A stretch of DNA of 64,000 bases. It comes from Dehalococcoidia bacterium. Its GTDB lineage: Bacteria > Chloroflexota > Dehalococcoidia > Lucifugimonadales > Australimonadaceae. The notes under the pieces were generated by a model. It was not told the DNA's origin and ran no database searches. It saw only the letters and a program-made list of their open reading frames with translations. Positions 55,529 to 64,000 of this stretch are shown in pieces; position 1 is the stretch's first letter, and every line of letters begins with the position of its first letter. The DNA lies in assembly GCA_034422795.1 (NCBI GenBank), contig DAOUJK010000054.1:10347-74346 (forward strand). Direction: 5' to 3'. The position numbers were made by a program, and so were the translations under genes.

Positions 55529-56713
55529 ATGACGCAAGAGACTGCTGCCTTCACGCCTCCGTACCGGCTGCTCATGGGAGCTGGACCGTCCAACGTGCAC
55601 CCTCGCGTACTGCAGGCGATGAGTTCCTCGCTTCTCGGGCATCTGGACCCGAACTTCCTCGCCGTGATGGACGACGTACGCGCTCTGTTGCGGTACGTCT
55701 TCCAGACCGAGAACGCGGTGACGCTGCCGATCTCCGGTACCGGCACTGCAGGCATGGAAGCCTCGATGGTGAACATCATCGAACCCGGCGACACGTTCGT
55801 GGTGGGCATCAACGGGTACTTCGGTCAGCGATTGGGGGAGATCGCGGAACGCAGCGGGGCGAACGTCATCAGGGTCGAGCACGAGTTGGGCAAACCCGTG
55901 GACGCCGATCGCTTGCGCTCAGCGCTCAGCGCGGCCGGGAAGGTGAAGGGAGTCGGTGTCGTGCATGCAGAGACGTCCACTGGCGCGGCCACCTCCATTA
56001 AGGAGATAGCAGACGTTGCCCATGAGGCGGGGGCGTTACTGGTTGTGGACGCGGTCACGTCGCTCGGTGGCGTGGAGTTGCGCGTGGACGAGTGGGGAGT
56101 GGACGTCTGCTACAGCTGCACGCAGAAGTGCGTAGGAGCGCCTCCGGGACTTGCGCCCCTGACGCTGAGCCCGCGAGCGGTAGAGATGCTGCAGAGCCGT
56201 ACCGGCAAAGTGCGGAGCTTCTATCTCGACCTCACGGAACTGAGCAGCTACTGGGACCGCCGGGCGTACCATCACACTGCGCCGATATCCATGATCTACG
56301 CGCTGCGCGAGGCGCTCCGGTTGATCGCGGAAGAGGGGATAGAGGCGCGCTGGGAGCGTCACAGCAGGAATGGGGCAGCACTGCGTGCCGGACTGCAGGC
56401 GATGGGGTTGAGCCTCGTGGCAGACCCGGAAGTACAACTACCGAGTCTTACCGCGGTCCACGCGCCTGACGAGGTCGACGAAGCCCAGGCACGCCGCTAC
56501 CTGTTGGACCGACACAACGTTGAATTGAGCGGTGGCCTGGGAGCGCTTGCAGGGAAGGCGTGGCGCATCGGGCTGATGGGCCACAACAGCACCACTCCGA
56601 ATGTGCTCACCGTTCTCGGCGCGCTCGAAGAAGCGATGGGCGACCAGGGATATGAAACGCAGGCCGGGGCGGGTGTCGCGGCGGCGCAGCGAACACTGCG
56701 CGGGGTTGACTAG
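55529..56713 (+). CDS. Class V PLP aminotransferase (alanine/serine-glyoxylate family)
   Basis: LMGAGPS, SGTGTAGME, HAETSTG, VDAVTS, QKC, WRIGLMG. Confidence 0.92.
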   Translation: MTQETAAFTPPYRLLMGAGPSNVHPRVLQAMSSSLLGHLDPNFLAVMDDVRALLRYVFQTENAVTLPISGTGTAGMEASMVNIIEPGDTFVVGINGYFGQRLGEIAERSGANVIRVEHELGKPVDADRLRSALSAAGKVKGVGVVHAETSTGAATSIKEIADVAHEAGALLVVDAVTSLGGVELRVDEWGVDVCYSCTQKCVGAPPGLAPLTLSPRAVEMLQSRTGKVRSFYLDLTELSSYWDRRAYHHTAPISMIYALREALRLIAEEGIEARWERHSRNGAALRAGLQAMGLSLVADPEVQLPSLTAVHAPDEVDEAQARRYLLDRHNVELSGGLGALAGKAWRIGLMGHNSTTPNVLTVLGALEEAMGDQGYETQAGAGVAAAQRTLRGVD

Positions 56714-56716
56714 CGA

Positions 56717-57496
56717 CTACGGCTTGACCGCTTTCACGCTCAGTATGGGCCAGTAGAACCCGATCGTGCCGTTCATTCGGGGCGTGATGCCGAACGCTTG
56801 CGCCGCTGCCATGGGCGCATCCTTCAGCGCCTGCTCCAACCGGACGGCCTCCTCCTCCGGCATCCCGGCACGTTCCGTCCAATCCGGGTACTCGAGGTCG
56901 ACGCGCGAGAGGTCGGTCTGCGCGATGCTCAGCTCCGCGCGTTCCATGGCGCCGACCCATTCGGCCTCAGCGAGGTTCCGCACGTGGGACGGGTCACGCC
57001 AGACCTCGATATCGTGCATCCAGGCGGTGGCCTCGGGGTCTTCAGGCGAGATCGTGTCGATGAGGATGAGCTCTCCGCCGGGCGCGAGGGCGCGATGCAC
57101 CTCCCTGAGCCAGGCGTCGACGCTCAGGAAGTGGTGCGCGGCGGTGCGGCAGGTGATGAGGTCCAGGCTGCCATCCCGGCAGGGCAGAGACTCGGCTGCG
57201 GTGAGCATCAACTCGGTCTGCGGGGCCCCTCGTTCGACACGCAGTGAACGCGCCTGTTCGAGCATCTCAGGCGTCACGTCCGTGGCGATGACCCGGTCGC
57301 AGTGGTCGGCGACGGCGAACGCGGTGAAGCCCGGACCCGCGCCGATGTCCACGGCCGTCCGGTAGCGGCGGTCGCTCAGCATGGACGCGGCGGAGGCGAG
57401 TGCGCCGGGCTGCGCGTGCGTCCTGCTCGCGCCGTAGGCCCTCGCGAGCCGTCCGAACTGGCTCTGGGAGCTTCTGTCCGGCTGTGCATTCATCAT
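56717..57496 (-). CDS. Class I SAM-dependent methyltransferase
   Basis: VDIGAGPG, TDVTPEML, CRTAAHHF, RDPSH. Confidence 0.88.
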   Translation of the reverse strand: MMNAQPDRSSQSQFGRLARAYGASRTHAQPGALASAASMLSDRRYRTAVDIGAGPGFTAFAVADHCDRVIATDVTPEMLEQARSLRVERGAPQTELMLTAAESLPCRDGSLDLITCRTAAHHFLSVDAWLREVHRALAPGGELILIDTISPEDPEATAWMHDIEVWRDPSHVRNLAEAEWVGAMERAELSIAQTDLSRVDLEYPDWTERAGMPEEEAVRLEQALKDAPMAAAQAFGITPRMNGTIGFYWPILSVKAVKP

Positions 57497-57510
57497 CGGG
57501 CGTTCTTCTC

Positions 57511-57681
57511 CTAGAAAGCGAGCCAGGCGAGCACCGCGGTCACGATCCCCACGGTGAGCCCTGCCAGCGTTACCGCTGCCTCTTCCAGCGTTACGGGGCC
57601 GAGGTAGAGCAATGGAAAGCTGACGATGGTGCCTGCGAGGACGACGTGGCGGAGCTTGCGTTTCGTTGCGGCTGAGAGCAT
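57511..57681 (-). CDS. Small 56-aa membrane protein (absent from the ORF track)
   Basis: MLSAATKRKLRHVVLAGTIVSFPLLYLGPVTLEEAAVTLAGLTVGIVTAVLAWLAF; RBS GAGGT; fills the gap between two co-oriented genes. Confidence 0.6.
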   Translation of the reverse strand: MLSAATKRKLRHVVLAGTIVSFPLLYLGPVTLEEAAVTLAGLTVGIVTAVLAWLAF

Positions 57682-57684
57682 GGC

Positions 57685-59295
57685 CTACCTCGATAGCGTC
57701 GGTAGCAGTTCGATGATGATGATGGCCTCGATGCCTGCAAGGACAACGAGGCCGAGGATGTACGGGATGACGATGCGGAAGATGTCCCGCTCCTTGCCCG
57801 CGAGACCGACGACCGCCGCGCCCACGAGCACCTTTGCCGGGGCCATGGGGCTGCCGACGGACGCGCCGATGGACTGGATGCTGGAGATGGTGACCGTCCC
57901 GATACCCAGTTCCCGTGCCGTCTCCAGTTGGAGCAGTCCGAACATGACGTTCGAGTTGGTGTTGCTGCCGCTCATGAACGAGCCAAGCAGCCCGATAAAC
58001 GGCGAGACGAACGGGAAGAACGAGCCGGATACGTTCGCGATGCCCTGCGCCAGCAGCACGGTCATGCCGGTGTCCGCCATGACGACCGCCATCATCACCA
58101 TGGTTGTGACGCCGATGGAGGAGCTGAGGCTCTGCCCGTAGGTGAGCTTCATCGCCTCCCAGGCGACACCCTTCCGCCAGCGCTTCGCGAGGACGTACAC
58201 GACCGCGCTGATCACGATGCTATAGAAGATGAGCGGGGCGGGATGGTTGAGCACGCGTATCGGCGCATAGTCGTTTGCGGCGGCAACGGCGAATCCCTGG
58301 GCGGACGTGAACGCCGGATAGTCGAGCGACCACTGTATGCCGCGCACCGCCTCCTTCACCGGGCCGATCTGCGATATGACGCTCAACGTGATGAGCAGCA
58401 GATAGGGCATGAAGGCGAGGATGAACGGCATGGGCCGAGCGTCGGGCTCGTCTGCCGCTCCGGCGGGCGGCGTGTCGGGCAGGGGCTGCGTCTGCGGGGC
58501 ACCCCGCAGCAGCGGCGTGCGCGAGAGTATGGCCAGCGCCACCATACCGAGGATCCCCGGAACGGTGGATGCTATCTGCGGCGCGCCGCCCCACGCGAGC
58601 GCGTACATCGCCGCAGCCATGACTGAGCCGACGACGACAACGAGCGGCAAGCTGCGGCGCACCGCGCTCAGCCCGCCTTGGATGTGGGCGACGAGCATGC
58701 CGCTCGCGACGATGATGGGCGCGAAGAGCAACGCCATGTGGGGAGCAATGACCTCGCCCTCAATGCCGGTGACCAGTTGGATGGTGTAGTAGGACGAGCC
58801 CATGGAGCCGAACGTCACGGCCCAGCCGTGCCCGACGAGCGCCATCGCTGCGGCGCGGGCAGGTGGGAAGCCAAGCATGATGAGCAGCGGGGCAGAGACA
58901 GCCACGGGCACCCCGAACCCGGTGATGCCCTGGATGAAGCTGGAGAACCCCCACCCGATGAGTAGCGCCTGCACGAGGCGGTCACTGGCAAGCCGGGCCA
59001 TCGTTCGTCCGATGGCGTCGATGCCCTTGAGCCTGTCCACCATGTTGAACAGGTAGACGGACGTCCAGACGATGGTGAGCACGAAGACAGCGAGGCTCAG
59101 CCCCTTGGCGCTCGCTATGGCGACGTGGTCCCGCATCGCGCCGAAGACGAGCAGCGCCAGCGCGAGCGCCAACAGCCATGCGGCGGCCCCGGCGCGCGGC
59201 GCGCTCCAGTTCAGCCAGATGATGGCGACGACGAGGAGGACGACCGGCGAGGCGGCCAGCAGCCAGTTGATGGGCGTGAGGTCAGGGCCTGTCAT
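57685..59295 (-). CDS. lctP: L-lactate permease family transporter
   Basis: FIQGITGFGVPVA, PFIGLLGSFMSGSNTNSNVMFG.LQ. Confidence 0.88.
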   Translation of the reverse strand: MTGPDLTPINWLLAASPVVLLVVAIIWLNWSAPRAGAAAWLLALALALLVFGAMRDHVAIASAKGLSLAVFVLTIVWTSVYLFNMVDRLKGIDAIGRTMARLASDRLVQALLIGWGFSSFIQGITGFGVPVAVSAPLLIMLGFPPARAAAMALVGHGWAVTFGSMGSSYYTIQLVTGIEGEVIAPHMALLFAPIIVASGMLVAHIQGGLSAVRRSLPLVVVVGSVMAAAMYALAWGGAPQIASTVPGILGMVALAILSRTPLLRGAPQTQPLPDTPPAGAADEPDARPMPFILAFMPYLLLITLSVISQIGPVKEAVRGIQWSLDYPAFTSAQGFAVAAANDYAPIRVLNHPAPLIFYSIVISAVVYVLAKRWRKGVAWEAMKLTYGQSLSSSIGVTTMVMMAVVMADTGMTVLLAQGIANVSGSFFPFVSPFIGLLGSFMSGSNTNSNVMFGLLQLETARELGIGTVTISSIQSIGASVGSPMAPAKVLVGAAVVGLAGKERDIFRIVIPYILGLVVLAGIEAIIIIELLPTLSR

Positions 59296-59378
59296 GGAGA
59301 GGCGCAGGATAGCCGTCCTGCCTGCTCCGCACAACGGCGGCAGGGCGGCGCTGGTACAATCCGAAGAGGTTCCTGCTC

Positions 59379-61235
59379 ATGGTTCTCTCGCTCTCCGAAC
59401 GCTTATCCCGCGGTCTGCTGCTCTGCGACGGCGCCACCGGCACGCAGATGTACGCACATGGCCTCACCGCCGCGTTGCCGGAACCGGCGAACGTCGACCA
59501 GCCGGACATCGTGAAGGGAGTGCATCTCTCCTATCTTCGTGCAGGCGCGGAACTCATAGAGACGAACACCTTCGGCGCGAACGCCGCCAAACTCGGCGCG
59601 CACACGATGGCCTCGCGCGTGGAAGAGCTGAACCACGCCGGGGTTGCGCTGGCGAAGGAAGCGGTGCGGCTGCACGGTCAGAACGTCTGGGTTGCGGGGT
59701 CAATGGGCCCGCTGCCGCCGGACGTAACCGGGGCGGGTCTCTTCTCTCCGGCATCCGCGTGGAACGTGTTTGCGGAGCAGGCGGCTGCGCTCTCGGATGC
59801 CGGAGCGGACCTGGTCCTGCTCGAGACGTTCACCTCACTTCCGCAGCTCAGGCAAGCCATCGAGGCGGTGCAGTCCGTGTCCGAGTTGCCGGTCATCGCC
59901 CAGATGACCTTCACCGGCGACGGACTGACACCGGGCGGAGACTCTCCGGAGGAGGTTGCTGCAGCGTTGAACGACGCCGGACTGGCCGCGCTGGGCGCCA
60001 ACTGCAGCGTGGGGCCAGACCTGCTGCTGAGTGTCGTTGAGCGCATGGCGGCGACGGCCGCCGTACCACTCATCGTTCAGCCGAACGCGGGCCTGCCTGC
60101 CTACGTGGGGGGGCGGCTACAGTACGCCGCTTCCCCGGAGTACTTCGCGGAGACAGCGCGCGAGATCGCGCGCGCCGGAGCAGCGGCGATCGGCGGGTGC
60201 TGCGGGACGACGCCTGCGCATGTCGCCGCTGCCCGTGACGCGGTGCGCGGAGCCCTGCAGTCTTCAGCACGCCGTACCGCCACTCCCGCCATTGCGCGAA
60301 CGCAGCGCGTCGAGGCCCCGGCTGCTCCACCGACGGGACTGGCGGAACGCATCACGCGGGGCGAGTTCGTCGTCACAGTGGAACTGGCGCCGCCGCGCGG
60401 GTTCGACATCAGCGGAACACTGGACAAGTTACGGGGCGTCGCCGGGAGTGTCAGCGCAGTGAACGTTGCGGACAGCCCTCGCGCGCAGGGGAGGATGAGC
60501 GCACTCGCCACAGGAAGCCTCGTGCAGTCGCGGCTTGGTGTCGAGACGGTGATGCACATAGCCATCCGTCATCGCAACCTGCTGGCCTTGCACTCTGACC
60601 TGTTGGGGGCGCATGCACTCGGGTTGCGGAACGTCTTCACGGTAATGGGCGACATTCCACTCACGGGCGATTATCCCTACGCGACCGCAGTGAGCGACGT
60701 TACAGCGTCCGGGCTGATCCAACTGATGGCCGGATTCAACGAGGGCGTGGATGGGAACGGACGGGAGATCGGCCAACCAACGTCGTTCTTCATCGGCGCG
60801 GCCTTGAACTTCAACGCGCTGGACCTGGACAGGGAACTTCGCGTGCTGGAGCGCAAGGTCAAGGCCGGGGCACACTTCCTGCTGACGCAGCCGGTGTACG
60901 CGGCGGAGCACGTGGAGCGCGTGTGGTCACTACTGGGAGGATTCCCGCTTCCGGTCATCATGGGAGTGCTGCCGCTTCGGAACGCGCGTCACGCGCGTTT
61001 CCTGCACAACGAGGTCCCAGGCATCGTGGTACCGGATGACGTGATGCGGCGCATGGATCTCGCCGAGTACCGGGGCGACGCCGGCGGTAAGGAGGGCATC
61101 GCGCTGAGCCGTGAACTTCTGACGTCGCTCTCCGGGCGCATCGCGGGGGCGTATTTCATGCCGCCGTTCGAGCGTTTCAGCGTGGTGCCGGAGACGATGA
61201 AGGGGCTGTCGTTGCCAGAGCCCGGCTCGCAGTAA
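59379..61235 (+). CDS. yitJ: Bifunctional homocysteine S-methyltransferase / 5,10-methylene-THF reductase
   Basis: DGATGT, ETNTF, GANCS, PNAG, GGCCG (HMT domain); VELAPP, DSP, FLLTQP (MTHFR domain). Confidence 0.93.
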   Translation: MVLSLSERLSRGLLLCDGATGTQMYAHGLTAALPEPANVDQPDIVKGVHLSYLRAGAELIETNTFGANAAKLGAHTMASRVEELNHAGVALAKEAVRLHGQNVWVAGSMGPLPPDVTGAGLFSPASAWNVFAEQAAALSDAGADLVLLETFTSLPQLRQAIEAVQSVSELPVIAQMTFTGDGLTPGGDSPEEVAAALNDAGLAALGANCSVGPDLLLSVVERMAATAAVPLIVQPNAGLPAYVGGRLQYAASPEYFAETAREIARAGAAAIGGCCGTTPAHVAAARDAVRGALQSSARRTATPAIARTQRVEAPAAPPTGLAERITRGEFVVTVELAPPRGFDISGTLDKLRGVAGSVSAVNVADSPRAQGRMSALATGSLVQSRLGVETVMHIAIRHRNLLALHSDLLGAHALGLRNVFTVMGDIPLTGDYPYATAVSDVTASGLIQLMAGFNEGVDGNGREIGQPTSFFIGAALNFNALDLDRELRVLERKVKAGAHFLLTQPVYAAEHVERVWSLLGGFPLPVIMGVLPLRNARHARFLHNEVPGIVVPDDVMRRMDLAEYRGDAGGKEGIALSRELLTSLSGRIAGAYFMPPFERFSVVPETMKGLSLPEPGSQ

Positions 61236-61274
61236 GCCCCGGATGGTATCCTGACCGCACCCAACCGTACACGT

Positions 61275-61350
61275 GGGGCCGTAGCTCAGTTGGGAGAGCA
61301 CCTGCTTTGCAAGCAGGGGGTCAGGGGTTCGAGTCCCCTCGGCTCCACCA
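61275..61350 (+). tRNA. tRNA-Ala (anticodon TGC)
   Basis: GGGGCCG/CGGCTCC acceptor, CCTGC-TTTGCAA-GCAGG anticodon arm, GGTTCGAGTCC, CCA. Confidence 0.96.
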
Positions 61351-61535
61351 AACTTGACGATACACAGAACTGTCTTTGAAATGTGGCTGGTCCTGTCAGG
61401 CTCGCCAAAACCTGCTACCACATGACTGTTGCCGGGGCAGCACAGTGGAGTGATGCTCAGCCGACGGGTCAATCACTCGCAAATCGTGCTCAAGTGGGTT
61501 GAGCGGTCAGGGGCAGGTGGTGTCGTTCCCGATCA

Positions 61536-62768
61536 TCAATCCGTCTTGGTCGATGAACCGTCGCCACCCACGTCATGCCCCTCGGGGGCGAGTCCCGGGA
61601 AGAACCTGAGGCTGGCCTGCTGGATAAGCTGGTGTTGGGTCGGCTCGTCCAACTCTCCGATAAAGGGCCGGAAGGTCTTCAGCTGGTTCTCGATCGACCG
61701 AGCATCGCGCTCGCGATCCCGGTGATGGTTGGACTGGCCGAACAGGAGAAACGCCGTCCCCGACAGCAGCACCAGCACAGAGATACGAGTGACATTGAAC
61801 GTTACGTTATCGGCTAGGGAAGAACTTACGTTCTCGAAGTCTCGGAAGAACCAAACTATGATCACCACTGCTGCTATGGCGAAGACGGCCGCGACCGCTC
61901 GCAAGATATTGGCCACCCATGCCTGGCGGGTGGCCTCCCGCATCCACGCTCCGGCCACATTCTCAGTTGCGGTTACCCCCAAGATCTTCTCGGTTCTGTC
62001 TAGGTGCCCCTTCATTTCTCCCAGGATGCCTTCCGCGTTGGTTCTGAACTCTCCCAGGATTTGGTCCGAATCGCGGTTCAATCCATCCACTACCCCGTCG
62101 AACGTCGCTCTCTGTTGCCGCTGCTGGTTCTCGAATGACCGTGACCTCTCGGACTCAGACTGGCCGAAGGTGGTCTGCTGGTCTCCGATAATCTTGTCCA
62201 CGCGCCTCTCAACGTTCCCCGCCTTCTTGTCGATGCCGTCGAATCGCGAGTCCAGCGAAGCCAGCCGCTTTCTCTTATCTTCATCCAGCGCTTCGGTCGC
62301 CGTCTTGAAGCTGGAGATATCCTGTCTGGCTCTCACCAGTTCCGACACCACCTGTTCGACCAGCGGTTCTTGGGTAAGCGGCATCGGCAATCGTCCCACA
62401 GCATCGAGGAACCCTTCCGATCTTTCTGATAGGTCTCTTAGTCTCTCGGTGGCCATGCCTCGCTGAGGCGGAAACTGGCTGATCTCATTGTCAGCATCCT
62501 CCAAGGTCTGGTTGGCGTCGTAGACGTAGTTTGTGATCTCAGACAGAACTGCAACTGGAATCAGCAATGCCTGAGAGACCCTTAGCCGGTTGTCTGCATA
62601 TTCGATTCGGAACCGGACATCGTCGACCGCTTGGACTCCGTCGTTCGTACGTATCCGCGGCCTGAACTTCTGCAACCGGGCAGCAAGGCTTTCGAGCGCA
62701 GCAACCGCCTCGTTCTTGGTGGCGTCAGCTACCATCCGTTCCTGCTTTCCGAGCTGGCGTGACCCCAT
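61536..62768 (-). CDS. Long coiled-coil protein with two C-terminal TM helices (DUF6161-like)
   Basis: About 250 aa of charged helical sequence, then AVAAVFAIAAVVIIVWFF and ISVLVLLSGTAFLLF, then a short cytoplasmic helix. Confidence 0.65.
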   Translation of the reverse strand: MGSRQLGKQERMVADATKNEAVAALESLAARLQKFRPRIRTNDGVQAVDDVRFRIEYADNRLRVSQALLIPVAVLSEITNYVYDANQTLEDADNEISQFPPQRGMATERLRDLSERSEGFLDAVGRLPMPLTQEPLVEQVVSELVRARQDISSFKTATEALDEDKRKRLASLDSRFDGIDKKAGNVERRVDKIIGDQQTTFGQSESERSRSFENQQRQQRATFDGVVDGLNRDSDQILGEFRTNAEGILGEMKGHLDRTEKILGVTATENVAGAWMREATRQAWVANILRAVAAVFAIAAVVIIVWFFRDFENVSSSLADNVTFNVTRISVLVLLSGTAFLLFGQSNHHRDRERDARSIENQLKTFRPFIGELDEPTQHQLIQQASLRFFPGLAPEGHDVGGDGSSTKTD

Positions 62769-63355
62769 TGACCCCTTGCAGGTGGAAGTGGCAAGGGATT
62801 ATTCATGTTTGGCTGGCAGGTTGTTACTAGGGCATGTACCAGTCCCCTACATGCGCTCTCGTTTAGGCTCTGCATCTGCAATCGCTTAGATGTTGTGGGG
62901 TCCGTGTAGGTGGTCCATGGTGCCTCACTCGCGTGCGGCCCCCTCCGGCTCTCATCACCCATCAGGATACAGCAACACCCACTTCCTCGAATAATGGCGA
63001 CTTGACATTCGTAGAACTACGATGCGGGTACGCAGTACACTCAGCATCGACGTAGGCGAGTCCACCCGGCAAGCAGTCTACGCTGCCTGGCCCGTTTCAT
63101 TGGTGCGCGGATGAATAGGCGAGACAAGAACACGATAGGGCTCATTGCCGAAGTCCTTGTCTCCGTGTTCATCCTGTGGGCAGCATGGCCAGACCTCATT
63201 GCGCCGAATCTCCCCACGGTCTGGCAGATGCTGACCGGTGGGTCGTGACGGAGAGGCTCTGTCAACCGGCAGGACTTACAGTGGGGAGCGACGGCACTTG
63301 GTGTAAGCAGATAGAATGTGGAGCACTATGCTCGGCCGACCGCGGAGTGTGTCTG

Positions 63356-63781
63356 ATGCGGAACAAGCAACAGAAAGACAATCGGATTTCGTTCCTCACC
63401 AAACAGTACTCATTGCTGCTGGCTCCTGGGTTCTGGGAGCGATTGTGGAATAGGCGACACCTCCTCACTCTTGAGCAGTCGTATCTGTTGCTGCTGTCCC
63501 AAGAGAAGTTCTTTTTGGGCGATTACCGCACTGCCCTCATCCGGCTGGCCGAGTGCATCGACACTCCGGGGGGGATGGAAAAGCACACAGCGAACAAAGT
63601 GTGTCTCATGGCTTCGCTCATGGAGTCGCTGTGTGAACTGTTCCCATGGCCGTACCAGGTGCTCTATGCGGGAGTCGCGGCGAACCGCTTGGTCGCACCG
63701 GAGTTGGAGCGGATATCCCCATCCCCCTCCTACAAGGCATCAGTCATCAAACGGTTGAGACAGACAAAGACCGGAGAATGA
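63356..63781 (+). CDS. Hypothetical protein
   Basis: Leu-rich ORF (frame open from 63176); no motif recognised. Confidence 0.45.
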   Translation: MRNKQQKDNRISFLTKQYSLLLAPGFWERLWNRRHLLTLEQSYLLLLSQEKFFLGDYRTALIRLAECIDTPGGMEKHTANKVCLMASLMESLCELFPWPYQVLYAGVAANRLVAPELERISPSPSYKASVIKRLRQTKTGE

Positions 63782-63914
63782 ACTATGAGGGTTCCGGCAT
63801 CGTTCGGAGCAGGACGCCAAGGGAGAGTCATTGCCCACGGAACCGTGTAAGCCGGGGATGGCGCGTGCGAACGTGGGTTGAGCTGGCACCGGGCTAGTCG
63901 AGGAAGGGCCCGCC

Positions 63915-64000
63915 ATGGAGCTGCCGGAACACGTCGAGGAATGCCGCCTCGCGGCCCGGTGGGGTGTGCCCGAGGAATACCCGGTAGACTTGCTCGTCTG
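63915..64000 (+). CDS. Hypothetical protein, 3'-partial
   Basis: RBS AGGAAGG then MELPEHVEECRLAARWGVPEEYPVDLLV running off the window end. Confidence 0.35.
   Translation, partial: MELPEHVEECRLAARWGVPEEYPVDLLV

Larger units (their letters stand above)
61351..64000. mobile_element. Probable start of a genomic island at the tRNA-Ala 3' end
   Basis: Visibly lower GC and only unassignable ORFs immediately after the tRNA; no integrase within the window. Confidence 0.5.

Noticed and set aside
59296-59378. SAM riboswitch upstream of yitJ
   Set aside because: The divergent intergenic gap is only about 80 bp and has no S-box motifs.
63002-63030. TTGACA promoter in the tRNA-Ala island
   Set aside because: No -10-like hexamer at a 16-19 nt spacing.

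Overview
High-GC bacterial chromosome segment. I infer a Chloroflexota Dehalococcoidia/SAR202-like genome from the LLM flavin/F420 oxidoreductases, the rsmH-ftsA-ftsZ-nrdR block with no peptidoglycan genes, an orphan RND pump and fused yitJ. Content: about 65 CDS (catabolic enzymes, a TTT transporter, MFS/ABC/RND transport, housekeeping genes), 3 tRNAs (Arg-UCG, His-GUG, Ala-UGC), several toxin-antitoxin modules and many palindromic REP-like intergenic repeats. Strongest leads: (1) a low-GC, translationally coupled three-gene cassette at 27607-31369 encoding an SF1 (UvrD-like) helicase, a DarT/DUF4433-like DNA ADP-ribosyltransferase (broken here by one amber codon) and an ADP-ribosylglycohydrolase (DraG/ARH family) with a C-terminal extension, a DarTG-like candidate defence system I do not recognise as named; (2) a PrdB/GrdB-like selenoprotein (18910-20091) split by the ORF track at an in-frame UGA in a UxxC motif with a well-placed SECIS hairpin; (3) a promoter-anchored ~104-nt structured RNA candidate at 12045-12148; (4) a minimal dcw cluster whose FtsA appears to lack part of domain 1C; (5) the start of a foreign island after tRNA-Ala. 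Family calls come from motif recognition by eye and GC contrasts are visual estimates; no database search was run.
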